From: Chiloscyllium plagiosum
Taxonomy: Eukaryota
Length of the DNA stretch: 64,000 nt
Direction of reading: 5' to 3'
NCBI RefSeq assembly: GCF_004010195.1
Contig: NC_057754.1
Location: 5,929,846-5,993,845 of the forward strand
Numbering within the stretch: the stretch's first letter is position 1; each line of letters opens with the position of its first letter. Of this stretch, positions 49,372-62,579 are shown piece by piece. The notes below the pieces were generated by a model. It was given only the letters and a program-made list of their open reading frames with translations, had not been told where the DNA came from and did no database searches. Both the position numbers and the translations under genes were made by a program.

Positions 49372-51078
49372 AACTTGTGCCAGGAGTCAGAGGGGGTAGG
49401 GGAGGTCCTGAATGAGTACTTTGCTTAAGTATTCACGAGTGAGTGGGACCTTGTTCTTTGTGAGAACAATGTGAAACAGGCTGATATGGTCGAACAGGTC
49501 GATATTAAGATGGAAAGGTGCTGACAATATTGAAAAATCATGGGGATAGATAAGTCCCCTGGGCCAGAAAGGATATAACTTAGGTTGTTATGGGAGGGGA
49601 GTCAAGGGATTACTGTGTTTTGGCGATGATCTTTGCATCCTCACTGTCCACTGGAGTCATACCAGATGATTGGAGGGTGCCAAACGTCATTCCCTTATTC
49701 AAGAAAGACAACTGAGATATTCCTGGGAATCATCGATGAGTCAGTCTTACATCAGTTGTGGGCAAATTATTGGAGAGGATTCTGAGAGACAGGATTTATG
49801 ATTATTTGGAAAAGGATAGATTGATTAGAGATGGTCAGCATGGCTTTGTGAGTGTCAGGTTTGCCTCACAAACCTTATTGATTATTTGAGGATGTGACAA
49901 ACACATTAGTGAGGACAGAGTAGTGGATGTGGTATGTCTGGACTTTAGCAAGGTGTTTGATTAGGTTCCACATGGTAGGCTCATTTAGAAACTAATGAGG
50001 TATGGGATACAGGGAAACCTGCCTGGTTAAATAATAAATTGGCTGGCCCATAGAAGACAGGGTGAGATTAAATGGATAGTTTTCAGCTTGGAGCACGGTG
50101 ACCAATTGTGTTCTGAAGGGATTAGTTCTGGGGCCTCTGCTCTTTGTGATCTTTTATAAATGACTTGGATGAGGAAGTGGAAGGGTGGGTTAGGAAGTTT
50201 CCAATGACACGAGAGTTGGTGGAGTTGTTGATCGTGTGGAGAGCCTTTTTAGGCTGCTAGAGGACATTGACAGGATGCAGAGCTGGGCTGAGAAGTGGCA
50301 GATGGAATTCTACCTGGGAAAATGTGAAGTTATTCATTTTGGAATTTCAAATTTGAGTACATAATTTCAGATTAAATGCAGGATTCTTGACAATGTGGTG
50401 GAAAAGAGGGATTGTGGGGTGCACGTCCATATATCCCTCATAGCTGACATCCGAGGTGATAGGGTTATTAAGACAGTGTATGGTGTGTTGGCTTTCATTA
50501 GCAGGGAGATTGAGTTTAAGAGCCACGTGTTTATGCTGCAGCTCTATGGATCAGTGGTGAGACTACACTTAGAATATTGTGTTCGGTTCTGATCATCTCA
50601 TTGTACATAGGATGCGGAAGCTTTAGAGAAGGTGCAGATGAGATTTATCAAGATGTTGCCTGGTCTGGAAGGCATGTCTTCTGAAGAAATATTGAGGGAG
50701 CTGGGTCTTTGCTCATTGCAGTGAAAGAGGGTGAGAGCTTACTTGATAGCTTTGTGTAAGATGATGAGAGGCATAGATGGAGTGGATGATGAAAGACTTT
50801 TCCCCACAAAGTGGCATAATTTTAAGGTGAATTGGGAAAGTTGTGTGGAGATGTCAGAGATAGTTTCTTTATCGATAGTGATGGGTGTGTGGAATGCACT
50901 GCCAGTGGTGGTAGTAGATTCAGATCCATCAGGGACATCTAAGCGACTCTTGGATATGCACATGGATGATAGTAACTGAAAGGCATTTTGGTTAGTTTGA
51001 TCTTAGCATAGGATAAAGGATCGGAACAACATCGTGGCCAAAGGGCCTGTACTGTGCTGTACTGTTCTATATTCTATG
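49372..51078 (+). mobile_element. CR1/HER1 LINE ORF2 (RT) fragment, 5'-truncated and disrupted
   Basis: DWRVPNVIPLFKK, QHGFV, LDFSKVFD and LEYCVRF motifs; tail ctgtactgttctatattctatg. Confidence 0.9.
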
Positions 51079-54000
51079 GACTGAAATGAACAATTATTAC
51101 ATATTAGCAACATATAGATTTTCAAAACGCTATTAGCATACTTAAGAATAATGATAAATTTCATCTTGCTATTTGACTGTGCTATCTGCAAAAATGACCA
51201 GGAATTATTGTAGGGAAAAGTAATTAGGCTTTTCTAAATTTATAAGGCTGGGATTACACAGATCATTCAAATGAGCAAAAGTCATATTTTTAACAGTGCG
51301 AGTTGCAGCAGAAATAATGGATTCTTTTGTAGGTGCATTGATTGGAAATAAAATTGATTTTTATATTACTGTATAGGTACTAGGGAATATTGGATTAAAT
51401 TCAGATATAAACTTCACTGCTGTGTTAGCAAGAATAAACTAAAGCATATAATAATTATTATCATGCAAATGCCTTAATAATTACTGTTAGAATTCTGAAA
51501 GAAGATATATTGCACCATTTTTCAAACATTCAATAAATTAAATTGTGAATCTCAGTTACTTGTTACCCAGACCAATTATTATGCAAATCATTGTAATGGT
51601 AATGACTTAATAACTAATGCTAAATCCTAAACAGATACATTGGTTCAATAATTTGTCAGCCTGTTGCTCTGAAATTGATTGGATATTTATTAAGATCCGT
51701 AAACTGAGGGACAAAACATAATAGCTCGCTTGATAGAATTGAGGGAATAAATGAGACAGTGTTTATTGAAAAGGATTGTTTTTGTTTAAAAATGCAGTTG
51801 ATGCAGGAATAATATATTTTCCTCCATTGGTTTTCTTGTAGAGACATGTTTTTTTTTTAATTGTCATGATTCAATGCTGAGACACTTGTGTCAGAGTCTG
51901 CAAAGGGAAGAGTGAGAGAGAAAGAAATTTTAAAAAAGCAGAAAGGAAAGGAACTGGCGAGCAGAGGAGCTCCAACTGTAGTGTCTCACCCTGCCAACTT
52001 CTTATTGGGTGAGCTGGAATGCAGACTAGTCAAGAAACAACCTGACACAGTCATACGCACAGAATTTTAGCTTACAATGTCCTAGACACCACCGTCACCA
52101 TCCCTGTATGTCCTGCCCCACCGGCAGGACATGGATGTAACTGAAATGCTGGGACATGCAGGGTTATGGACTAAGATTGGCAGAATGTGATCAGTGTGAT
52201 TTATTTAACATTTCTCCAGAATATTAAACTCCAGTACAATTTGAAAAGTTATTAGCGTCATCAGACTTGAACTACAATTGTCAGAAAAAATTATAAGGAA
52301 GTTAAAGCACAGATCGAGGCCACTTGGCCCATCCCATATGTGTTGACTGTAATAGAACTCCCTAGGCTTTACAGCTTTTTGCACTCACCATTGAAAGCAA
52401 CAATTTCAGACTGTGAACTCTGCCCAATATGCTTTTATAATCTGTTTTATAAATGTATTTCTTTGACAGCTGCACATCTTGTTTCCTTGTTTCTTTCCCA
52501 GCCCTTACTCCATTCCCCGTGGCCTTGCGGGACGACCATTTCTGCTGTTTAATCTCTCCTGCTATCCCCCGTGTGACAGACTGTCTTTTTGTCCTTGTCT
52601 CACCCCCACCTTGCTCACAACTTGTGACATTTCTGATGGTTCCCAGACCTCTGTAACTATCACTGCGCCCCCTGGGTCAATGGCGCGAGTTTTGAATTCT
52701 CTTCCTCCTGAGATAATCAGAAATCTTTCCGGTTGCAGTTTCCCCCAGATTTTATTTTGAAAAGTAGAGCATTTGTGTCAGGATCAAGTATTTGTGAGGC
52801 TTCATCCACAATTCCGAGCATTTGGATGTAATTTGTGACCCTCCCACAGATATGTAACGTTACTGGATTGGCCATGCTAACATGGCCGCAGTGTGCAATA
52901 TAGGTGGGTTGGGCTAGCCATGGGTAATGTGGAGTTATGGGGGTAGGGTGGGTGAGCAGGTCATTGTGGACTCGATGGGCCAAATAGACTCTTTCTGCAC
53001 CCACTGGATTCTGTGATTCTAACTAGTTGTGATTGTTGTCACATTTTCCTCATGCCAGGTTCATTCAACTCAGATTCATATGATTCTGTGGGTGCTCACT
53101 CACTCCTTCCCTTCAGTTTTACATCAATTTCACACTGTACGTGAAGGAGGGAATGGATTTGTAAATGTAAATACTCCAACCGAAACCCCTCACAGGTCAG
53201 GACCTGTTTCTGCTACTTTCATCACTCACAAGGAACAGGAAAATAAAGGTTCAGTCACAAATCTTACAGGAACATAGCGGTTATAATTACCAGGAAAGGC
53301 TGAACAGCTGAAAATGCTTTTTGCAAGAAAAGGGGAGGCTCAGGGACAGCCCTGGTACAAGTAGAAAGCTTTGTGTCTGTGTTTTCAGAGATTTGTGGTT
53401 GAAATCATTGGGTTGGAAGCATGTTTCATTGCCCCAGATCATCAAAGGTGCTATCTAAATGTACATCTTTCTTTCTATCTGTCTGAGTTAACAATCAGAT
53501 GGACAGGTCAATGTCTGAGTGTCTTACCAAATCCCTGATTGAATGTCTCCCCCTACAAACTCAGGTGCCTCACCACTCACTGGGTCATGGGGAAACTCTG
53601 CCGTTACAATGAGAACTGTTTTTGCTGTCACCACTCCTCGTGCTTCCGCCTAACCCCGACTTCCCTTCATTAAATCCCAGCTGCCTCTAGCCCACCCACA
53701 TGGGCATGTTGAAAAGCATGACAGGAGAATGAAATAGAAAGAATAAAATAAAACGGTGATTGTGGATCCCAGGGGATACAGACTCCAGGATTAGTCCTTG
53801 TGGGAATTCCTGCAGGAATACAAGACAGCATTCTATGATGAGTTAAACCCGGGTGGCAAGACAGGGAGCCACTGAACATGGGCAGGTTGAGTTCAAACAC
53901 AGGAGGTTTGTTCAGTCAGTAACAGTGTGTTCGACAATGAGGTTAAGTGAACAGTGAGGGGAAATGGTACCACAAGCTGCCGATGGATAACTTGCATTGG

Positions 54001-54359
54001 AAGAGGAGGAGGCCATTAAGCCCCTCAACCCTGCTCTGCCATTCATGATGATCATAGCTGATGTGTGACCTAACGTACAACTTTCAAACCTCTCTAATTT
54101 CATCAATAAACTCCTCTGCAACACACAAGATGAGTATTGTAAAACTAAACATCTGCAAATGCTGGGACATCAGAAACAAAATCAGAAATTGCTGGAAAAT
54201 TTCAGTAGTTCTGGCAGCATCGGTGGACAGTGAACCGTTCGTGTCCAGTGACCAGTCCTGTGACCAGCAGCAGCTGTCCATTCTGCTTTTTCTGTCACAC
54301 TGGAACAGGTTCTGGTGCGGGGGGAATGAGATTGTCAATAACAACTGAGAAAATAGGAG

Positions 54360-55130
54360 GATGTACTCAATCAGAATTAGGTATTCACTTACCCATCCCA
54401 GTGGGACACACACCGACAAAGTCACACTGCGGAGAGGCCGTTCACCTGCCCCACGTATGGGAAGGGATTTACTCCATCTTACAATCTGCTGAGACACCAG
54501 AGATGGCACAGTGGATTTAGACCCTTCACCTGCTCCATGTGTGAGAAAGGATTCATTCAAATCTCTCACCAGGGGAGACATTAGTGCATTCCCACTGGGG
54601 AGAGGCCATTCACCTGCTCAGTGTGTGGGAAAGCATTCACTCAATCCTCTGACCTGCTTAAACACCAGTGAGCTCACACCGGGGAAAGGTCATTCACTTG
54701 TTCTCTGTGTGGGGGGAGATTCACTCAAATGCAGCACCTGCAGAGTCTCCAGTGAGCCCACACAGAGGGAGAGGCCATTCAGATGGTCAGTGTGTGAGAG
54801 GGGATTCAGTAATTCATCCTGCCCCACTGAGAACCCAGTGAGCCCAAACCGCGGGAGAGCTCATTCAGATGCTCAGTGTGGGAGAAGGGATTCAGTGATT
54901 CATCGCTCCTGCTGAGACTCCAAGGAGCCCACACTGAGGAGAGGCCATTGAGCTGCTTAGTGTGGGAGAAGGGATTCAGTGATTATTCCTGCCCCAGAGA
55001 CTCCAGCGGGTTTACTCTGGGTAGGAGCTGTTCACCCCTCTGTGTGACAAGGGATTTGCTGCATCTTCAACACAATTGAGAGACCAGTGAGTGCTCACAG
55101 GGAAGTGGTCATCCACCTGCTCCGGGTGGA
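54360..55130 (+). pseudogene. C2H2 zinc-finger array pseudogene (~8-9 fingers)
   Basis: 84-bp periodic HTGERPF-like linkers (cacactgcggagaggccgttcacctgc, cccactggggagaggccattcacctgc) with in-frame stops and frameshifts. Confidence 0.9.
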
Positions 55131-55993
55131 CTGCAGGACTCTGATTCTGATGTTACTGTCCATCAGAGTCAGGAGTGGACCTTGTACTTGATGACACTGT
55201 TGGAGTATTGCTGTTGTTGTTGTTAACCACATTAACTGGGCTGAAGTTGACTGAACTTACATTGCCACTTTCTGAACCTCAGGATGCCTCTCTGGGTAAT
55301 AAGTCTCCACAGACAGCATTGTGACAAGGAGCAGGGATCATCTGTTTTGATTTAAATTGTGATTGTAGCACGGCTGCTTCACAGCCTTGGAGTCCAGCCT
55401 TGTCCAACGGCCTGTGTGGAGTTCCCACATTCTCCCCATGATAGTGTGGGTCCCCTCCAGCTGCTCTGGTTTCCTCCCACAGTACAACGATGCGCAGGTT
55501 AGGTGGATCAGTCGTGCTAAATTGACCACAGGATCCAGGATTTTGCAGACTAGGTTGATCAGCCATGGGAAATGCAGTATTACAGGGATGGAGTGCTCTG
55601 GGTGTGATGTTCTTCAGATGGTCGTTGGGGTTTGATGGGCCAATGCTCTCCTTCCACACTGTAGGGATTTTATTCTTTGATTGAGGATAAAGGCTACACA
55701 GCAGGGTGTCCTTGGAGAAGGAACATGTGGTGTGCATCAGTGCTCTCGATGCCTTCAGATAGAGGTGGGCATCTCAGGGGATACAGTGCTTTATCTCCAC
55801 CGTTGCCCCCCTCCCCACAACTCTACCTTGATTTTGTCCCTTCTCATTCTGTCACTTGTAATGGTTTGCTTGGCCCATAATCGGCTTTGTTTATAAATAT
55901 TCAATTGGTAACACAAATGGTTTACTGCTGGTGATTATATGTCTAGATTAGAGTGGTGCTGGAAAAGCACAGCAGGTCAGGCAGGATCCGAGG

Positions 55994-56696
55994 NNNNNNN
56001 NNNNNNNNNNNNNNNNNNNNNNNNNNNNNNNNNNNNNNNNNNNNNNNNNNNNNNNNNNNNNNNNNNNNNNNNNNNNNNNNNNNNNNNNNNNNNNNNNNNN
56101 NNNNNNNNNNNNNNNNNNNNNNNNNNNNNNNNNNNNNNNNNNNNNNNNNNNNNNNNNNNNNNNNNNNNNNNNNNNNNNNNNNNNNNNNNNNNNNNNNNNN
56201 NNNNNNNNNNNNNNNNNNNNNNNNNNNNNNNNNNNNNNNNNNNNNNNNNNNNNNNNNNNNNNNNNNNNNNNNNNNNNNNNNNNNNNNNNNNNNNNNNNNN
56301 NNNNNNNNNNNNNNNNNNNNNNNNNNNNNNNNNNNNNNNNNNNNNNNNNNNNNNNNNNNNNNNNNNNNNNNNNNNNNNNNNNNNNNNNNNNNNNNNNNNN
56401 NNNNNNNNNNNNNNNNNNNNNNNNNNNNNNNNNNNNNNNNNNNNNNNNNNNNNNNNNNNNNNNNNNNNNNNNNNNNNNNNNNNNNNNNNNNNNNNNNNNN
56501 NNNNNNNNNNNNNNNNNNNNNNNNNNNNNNNNNNNNNNNNNNNNNNNNNNNNNNNNNNNNNNNNNNNNNNNNNNNNNNNNNNNNNNNNNNNNNNNNNNNN
56601 NNNNNNNNNNNNNNNNNNNNNNNNNNNNNNNNNNNNNNNNNNNNNNNNNNNNNNNNNNNNNNNNNNNNNNNNNNNNNNNNNNNNNNNNNNNNNNNN
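55994..56696. other. Assembly gap (703 N)
   Basis: Run of n. Confidence 1.
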
Positions 56697-58302
56697 AATG
56701 ATGATTTTGATGGTGGGAAGGTTGCTGTGATCACATTTCTGGGTCAGAGAAATGGGGAAAAAGAAAGCTTCACAGCTCACTGAACGAGAACTGAAAAGCT
56801 GTTAAATCAAACCTCAGACAGGGAGGCAATATTTCCCTGGAGTTTGAGTAACTGGAAAGTGATGGTGTCCGGGACTAGACAGGAATTTGTTTTACAGTTT
56901 GAAAGCTTTAAAACTGTTATATTCAGACAGTTCAATTTATTTTCTTTAATTTTATTTGCTGTGCAAAAAACTTTTACAACATTTTAAAGCCAAAATGTAC
57001 AAACCTTGTGTTAAAGATAAATGTTAAATAAAATCCATCAAACCATCCCTCACTGAAAACTGTTGTGGAGGTGCAATCTCCTGGAGAATCCCTGCTCACT
57101 TCTTCCTACCCGGGTTCCATGACTACATACATACCTGGGAGATCGCAGCAGGAGGCCATTCAGCCTTTCAATCCTGCTCCATCATTCAATGGGAAACAGC
57201 TGACCATCCAGATCAGTCTCCTGTCCCTGCTGTGTTCCAATCCCCTTTCATGACTTTACCTCGAAGAACTATATCTAAGTCCTCCTTTGGCTTCACTGCC
57301 TTTTGTTCCAGTGATGTTGCTGTGTTACTGTGTGGGTGTAGGCAGCGGTATTGTGATGGTGCTGCCTCCTGGAGGATGTACTCAGCATCCCTCATCATCC
57401 TGCTGTAACATCAACCGGGGTTCAGCAACTAGAGATAGATACCATTTACAGGATATGGGCATCACTGACTCAGCCAGCATTTATTCCCCATCTCTAGTTA
57501 CCATTGAGAACACGGTAGTGAGCTGCTGTCTTGAACCATTCGCAGTCCATTTGGTGCAGAGAGACCGACAATGCTGGGAGGGAGAGTGTTGCAGGATTTT
57601 GGCCCAGTGATTCTCTATCTTTGGCTCTTCAAATATTGTTAAACTTAATCACCAGTCTGCAAATCTTCACCATCTCGCACCCTGTATAAAGGAATATGTA
57701 CAGATTAGAAATTCAGAACAGATCATTCTAATTTCTCTGGAATATTTTTCCCCTTTGTTCCCCCAAAGCTGTAACCCTCCAGCCCACTTACTCTCTCCCA
57801 CCATTCTGACTCTGCTGTCCCCTAATGTATACCCTCCCCATTCTCATGGAGTAACTGATAAACAGATCCATGCCACCACTTTCCGTCCCTGGTTAGACTC
57901 TGCACCCTTTCTGGGTTCACTTCCTTTCCCTTCAGTTGCTGCAAGTGAATAATGTAACAGTAGAATGAAACAAAAAGGAAACAGACAGGGAGATGGCAGA
58001 TCCTGGACAGAAGAGGAACCTTCAGGCTGGGAGAATGGGTCAGATCCTTCTTTGTTTCTCAGAGGTCGATTTCCAGCATTACAACAAGTTGGGGATGGAA
58101 CTTGGTTCCACGTGAGTGTGATGGCACTTTGACGCCCCCCCCCCCCCAACTGATCAATACTATAAACAGATGTGCCCCTTCTCCACCCAATCACAGTGTG
58201 AATGCTTTCTGCTGGTTACCCAAAACACATGCTCCAAAACCCATCCACATTCTGTACATGTACAGTACCAGGTTTCCCTGCACACGTGTGATCCCTGCCT
58301 CA

Positions 58303-58324
58303 GGGATTGTGGGAGTTATAGTCC
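58303..58324 (-). promoter_or_regulatory. ZNF143/Staf-like motif within a possible promoter relic
   Basis: Reverse complement ggACTATAACTCCCACAATCcc resembles ACTACAnnTCCCA; nearby CCAAT (~58187) and CACGTG (~58109, ~58283). Confidence 0.35.
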
Positions 58325-58534
58325 CCATGAAGCCTCTGGAGACCTGTTGCTGGAAAGTGAATGAAAAGTGTGAGGTGGAGGGTGTTGTGTATCCGATCCC
58401 CATTCAGACACACAGGACATGTGGGCTGTCACTGGGTTTTACTGAGACATCCGCTTAGAAAACTCGATTTCTGGTGTTTGAATATACATTCAGCAAATTG
58501 CGGGGTGGGGAGGTTAATAAGGGGCAGCAAATTT

Positions 58535-58880
58535 TAAGAGAGGTGGCTCAGTGGCTAGCACTGCTGCCTCACAGCGTCAGAGACCCGGGATTGATTCCAG
58601 CCTTAGGCAACTGTATGGAGTTTACACATTCTCCCTATGTCTGCGTAGGTTTCCTCTGGGTGTTCCGGTTTCTTTCCACATTCCAAAGATGTGCAAGTTT
58701 GATGGATTGGCCATGCTAAATTGCCTACAGGGTCCACGCATGTGCCAGTTAGACAATTAACAACAGGAAATGCAGGGTTACAGGAAATGGATGGGTCTGA
58801 ATGGGATGCTCACTATAGGGTTGGCGTGGACTCGATGGATGAATACCCTGTTTCTGCACTATAGGAATTCTATTCTATTC
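58535..58880 (+). mobile_element. HE1-type SINE (older copies also at ~28340-28590, ~31470-31800, ~52830-53020, ~55390-55680)
   Basis: ggtggctcagtggctagcactgctgcctcacagc head, ccaaagatgtgca core, attctattct tail. Confidence 0.85.
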
Positions 58881-59434
58881 TCATGAAGAAGAATGTACCT
58901 ATCTCAATGTGTTCTGAATCTGTGGAATTCCCTATTCAAAATGTAGTGGATGCCTGGGCAATGAGCAAACTTAATGAAAAGATACAGATGTTTAATTTGC
59001 AATGAATTGAAGGGTGAGAGAGCGCAGGCGGGAAAATCCAGCTGAGAGCAAGGTGAGCTCATTCATCACCGTATTAAATGGTGGAGATGGTTCGAAGGGC
59101 TGCATTGACTCTCCTGTGCCCAGTGCTTATCTTCTTACGGTAATAATTGGAAAGCTGAATCCAAAAATCACCACCTTCAGAAAATGCAGGATACTCAGAT
59201 GGATTAGCATTCCAAACTTAGATAGTGAGGAAGCGAGTAGGAGATAATGATTTTTCAATTTTACACTGAGGGGACACAGTGATTTATGGTTTTCGACTGT
59301 GTAGGACATTCACACCGTCCAGAATACTCTGTTGTGAATATCTATCCTGTACTTTACTACAAAGCCAAGGCCTCTGACAATGAAACCTAAAACACCGCCT
59401 CCCCACGTAATCTGATAAAAGACTTGAGAAGTCT

Positions 59435-61130
59435 GGTTGAATTTAGAACACAGATGAAAAGCGGGAAGATTAAATCCAATCCCAAGATCCTGTGCTTAAA
59501 CAAAGGAGACGATAATAGGATGAGGCAGGAGTTGACTAATATAGACTGGAAGCAAAGACTTTAGGGTGGGACAGTTGACAGACAGTGGAGCAATATCAAA
59601 GAATTTTTCAAACTGCTCAGCAAAAGGATATATCAGTGACAAGGAAGGACTGTCGGAAAAGGAGTAATCTGCCGTGGGTGGCTAAGGAAATAATGGAGTC
59701 TGTCAAATTGAAATAGAAGGCATACAAATTGGTAAAAACCAAGGAGAAACCAGAAGATTAGAAAAACTTCAAAGATCAACAGAAAGCTTGATGAGATTCG
59801 GGATAAAATGTAAATGAGTAGCTATCTGAAGGGACAGAATAGCAGTTGACACTGCTGGAGGGGAACCTATTGTTTGGGGAACATATGGCCTCTGTAATTG
59901 TTGAAGCACTTAACTGTTGCCATAGAGATAATCCTGATCAAGTTAAAAATCACAGCACACTCCAAAAACTTGTATTTCCAAATAAACCTGTTGGACTATA
60001 ACCTAGTGTTGTGTGGTTTTTAACTTTGTTGATCCCACCTCAACCCCGGCTCCTCCACATCAGAATCCTGATAGACAGCCCCACTGAAACTGAAGCGCCT
60101 GTCAGGCACTTGAGGGAGCCAAAGGGGCGTGGGGGGAGGGGTGCGTGGTTTAACCACAAAGTGCTGAACAGAACTAGACTTTTTAACTGCTGTTGCCATG
60201 GAGATAATCCTGAGAGATAGTCTCTATTCAAAGTCACAAACAACAAAGGTAGAAGAATGGGAGCCGGACACCGGACAGGCGGGGAGTTACCTGATGCTGC
60301 CTGGAGGCATTTTGCACGTAAAATATCCAGGTAACTACCATGTCTCATCAATAAAGTCTCAAAGAACACCTCTCAGAGTTCTGTGCCTATTTATTCCTAC
60401 CCAGCAGGGTTCAGGAATATGAGGACACAGCAGTCAGACTTCACAGTGGAGGATATGAAGAACATGTCAGGAATTGATAAGGAGACTGAGGAAGGTGAGG
60501 ACCTATAAATAACCATTATCATGAAAGAGTTAGAGCTGGGAAAGCTAATGGAGCTAAAGGTAGACAAGTCTCTTTGCCCTGATGGAATACCTCCCAAGAT
60601 ACCAACAGAGTTAGGGGGAGAAATAGCAAATGCACTTAGTCATAGAATCCTACAACAGAGACAGGCACTTTGGCCCAAACTGGCCCATGCCGATCAGAAT
60701 GTCCATCCACGCTAACCCTATTTCCATGCACTTGGCTCATCAGCTTCTGAAACTTTCCTATCCATGTATTTGTCCAAATGCCTTTCACATGTTGTTAATG
60801 TACCCACCTCAACCACTTCCACTGGCAGTTCATTCCATATACATACCACCCTCTGTGTAGAACAGTTGCCCCTCAGGGATCCCTTTTAGTCTTTCTCCTC
60901 TAACCTTAAACTGATACCCTCCAGTCCTTATTCCATGGGAAAAAGACTGAGTGCATTCATCTTACCCATGCCTCTCATGATCTTATACACTTCTTTAATA
61001 TATTCCCCCTCGGTTTCCTCTGCTATAAACAAAAAAGTCCTCGCTTGTCTAACCTCTCCCTGTAACTCAGACCCCTGAGATCTGGCATAATCCTTCTAAA
61101 ATTTCTTCTGCACCTTTCCAGTGTAATAAC
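59435..61130. mobile_element. CR1 ORF2 fragments (plus, ~59435-60635) followed by a CR1 3' end (minus, ~60640-61130); small PLE insert at ~59940-60062
   Basis: LKVDKSLCPDGIPPKI motif; gtcatagaatcctacaacagag tail. Confidence 0.75.
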
Positions 61131-61620
61131 TGAAACCTACACTGCATCCATCACATTTCCAGTGTTTCCCCACGGCGCTGGAACCGACGTGACAACGCCA
61201 ATGGATTACAATCAATGATCGATTATTCACTCCGTTACAACAATCCCATTTTCATAGCTTTTTCCATGATGCAGGAATCCTTTTGTCTTTCTGGTTTCAT
61301 GGTAAATTGCCCACATACAAAACCAATCTGTGGCTTAACTGTTGCTGGGAAATGTGCCATGATTTTTCAGACTTTCGAAAACCAATGAAATTTCTCTCCA
61401 CAGTCCCCACTAACACGGACTTCGCTGTCTCAGTACTTTTTTCCAGTCACGCTGACATTTGAAATATTCGTCCACGGGCAGAATGCACCACCTTTCCATC
61501 CAGATGAAAAGGCCAATGATATCAAGATTGGCACGGATCCAGTAACCATCAAACTTGAACATGAAATTCAATGTGAATTTCTCAACTGCAAATTCCCCCT
61601 TTCAGTAATCTACAACAGAG
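61130..61620 (-). pseudogene. Highly degenerate zinc-finger exon relic
   Basis: Reverse complement contains gactgtggagagaaattt, atggaaaaagctatgaaaatggga and ggggaaacactggaaatgtgatggatgc, resembling the other ZnF relics. Confidence 0.45.
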
Positions 61621-62579
61621 AAAACAAAAAATGCTGGAGATCCTCAGCAGGTCTGGCAGCATCTGAAATGGTGACAGATGCAGGAAACATTGCAGCCTTG
61701 AAGAAGTGTTTAGATGATCACACCAGGCACGTGCGCTTGATGACCGGTATGGAAAAGATGGGGGCATTGTGTTCAACAGTTTTAGACCAGAGACTCTGAC
61801 CCCATTTTATTCGGTGTTTCTCTGAGATTCCCTCTTTTCGGAAGCAGGCAGGAGTGGGAAGCAGTGGAGAATGTAAATTATGTGTGACCTTCCTAGTGAG
61901 ACGATTCGAGTACCGGAGCAGGGATCCCTTTCTGGAAGGGCCTTGGTGAGACCACACCTAGAGTACTGTGTGTACCTTTGTTCCCCTTTCCCAAGGGGAG
62001 CTAGCCTGGTTATTGAGAGAGAGTAAATGAGGGTCATCAGCCTGACTCCTGAGATGTGTAGATAGTTAAGGGCTGCAGATTCTGGAAGTCAGAGTTTATA
62101 CAATGTTGATCTGGGGAAGTGCAGCAGGTGAGACAGCATCAGAGGGGCAGGAAAGTTGATGTTTTGGGTCAGGACACTTTGTCAGACCGGATGAATAGTC
62201 CTGACCCGAAACATCAATTTTCCAGCCCCATCGTATCCATGCTGGTCATCAAGCGCCTATTTATTCTAGTCCCACGTTCTGGCACTCCGTGTAACATCTT
62301 GGTGTGATCATCTAAACACTTCTTCAAGGCTGCAATGTTTCTTGCATCTGTCGCCATTTCAGATGCTGACAGACTTGCTGAGGATGTCCAGCAATTTATG
62401 TTCTTATTGCAGATTTCCACCATTTTGTTGAAGCACAAAGTCATAGACATGTATTAGTTCCATATTTTGTTGACTCACATTTCTGAGATGGCAGGACTAA
62501 TGGCTGAAGAGGGACTCAATCCTCGTTTAATCCTCCTTTTCTTTGGCTTTCTGAGCTGCTGACTACATCACTAATATTC

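Noticed and set aside
52661..52680. CTCF-like motif (reverse complement CCCAGGGGGCGC)
   Set aside because: The 5' half of the consensus matches poorly; unsupported without data.
54360..55130. Regular 84-bp periodicity resembling a CRISPR-like array
   Set aside because: Explained by 28-codon C2H2 finger repeats in eukaryotic DNA.
55939..56783. Long ORFs of 263-276 aa in the ORF track
   Set aside because: Artefacts of translating the N gap.
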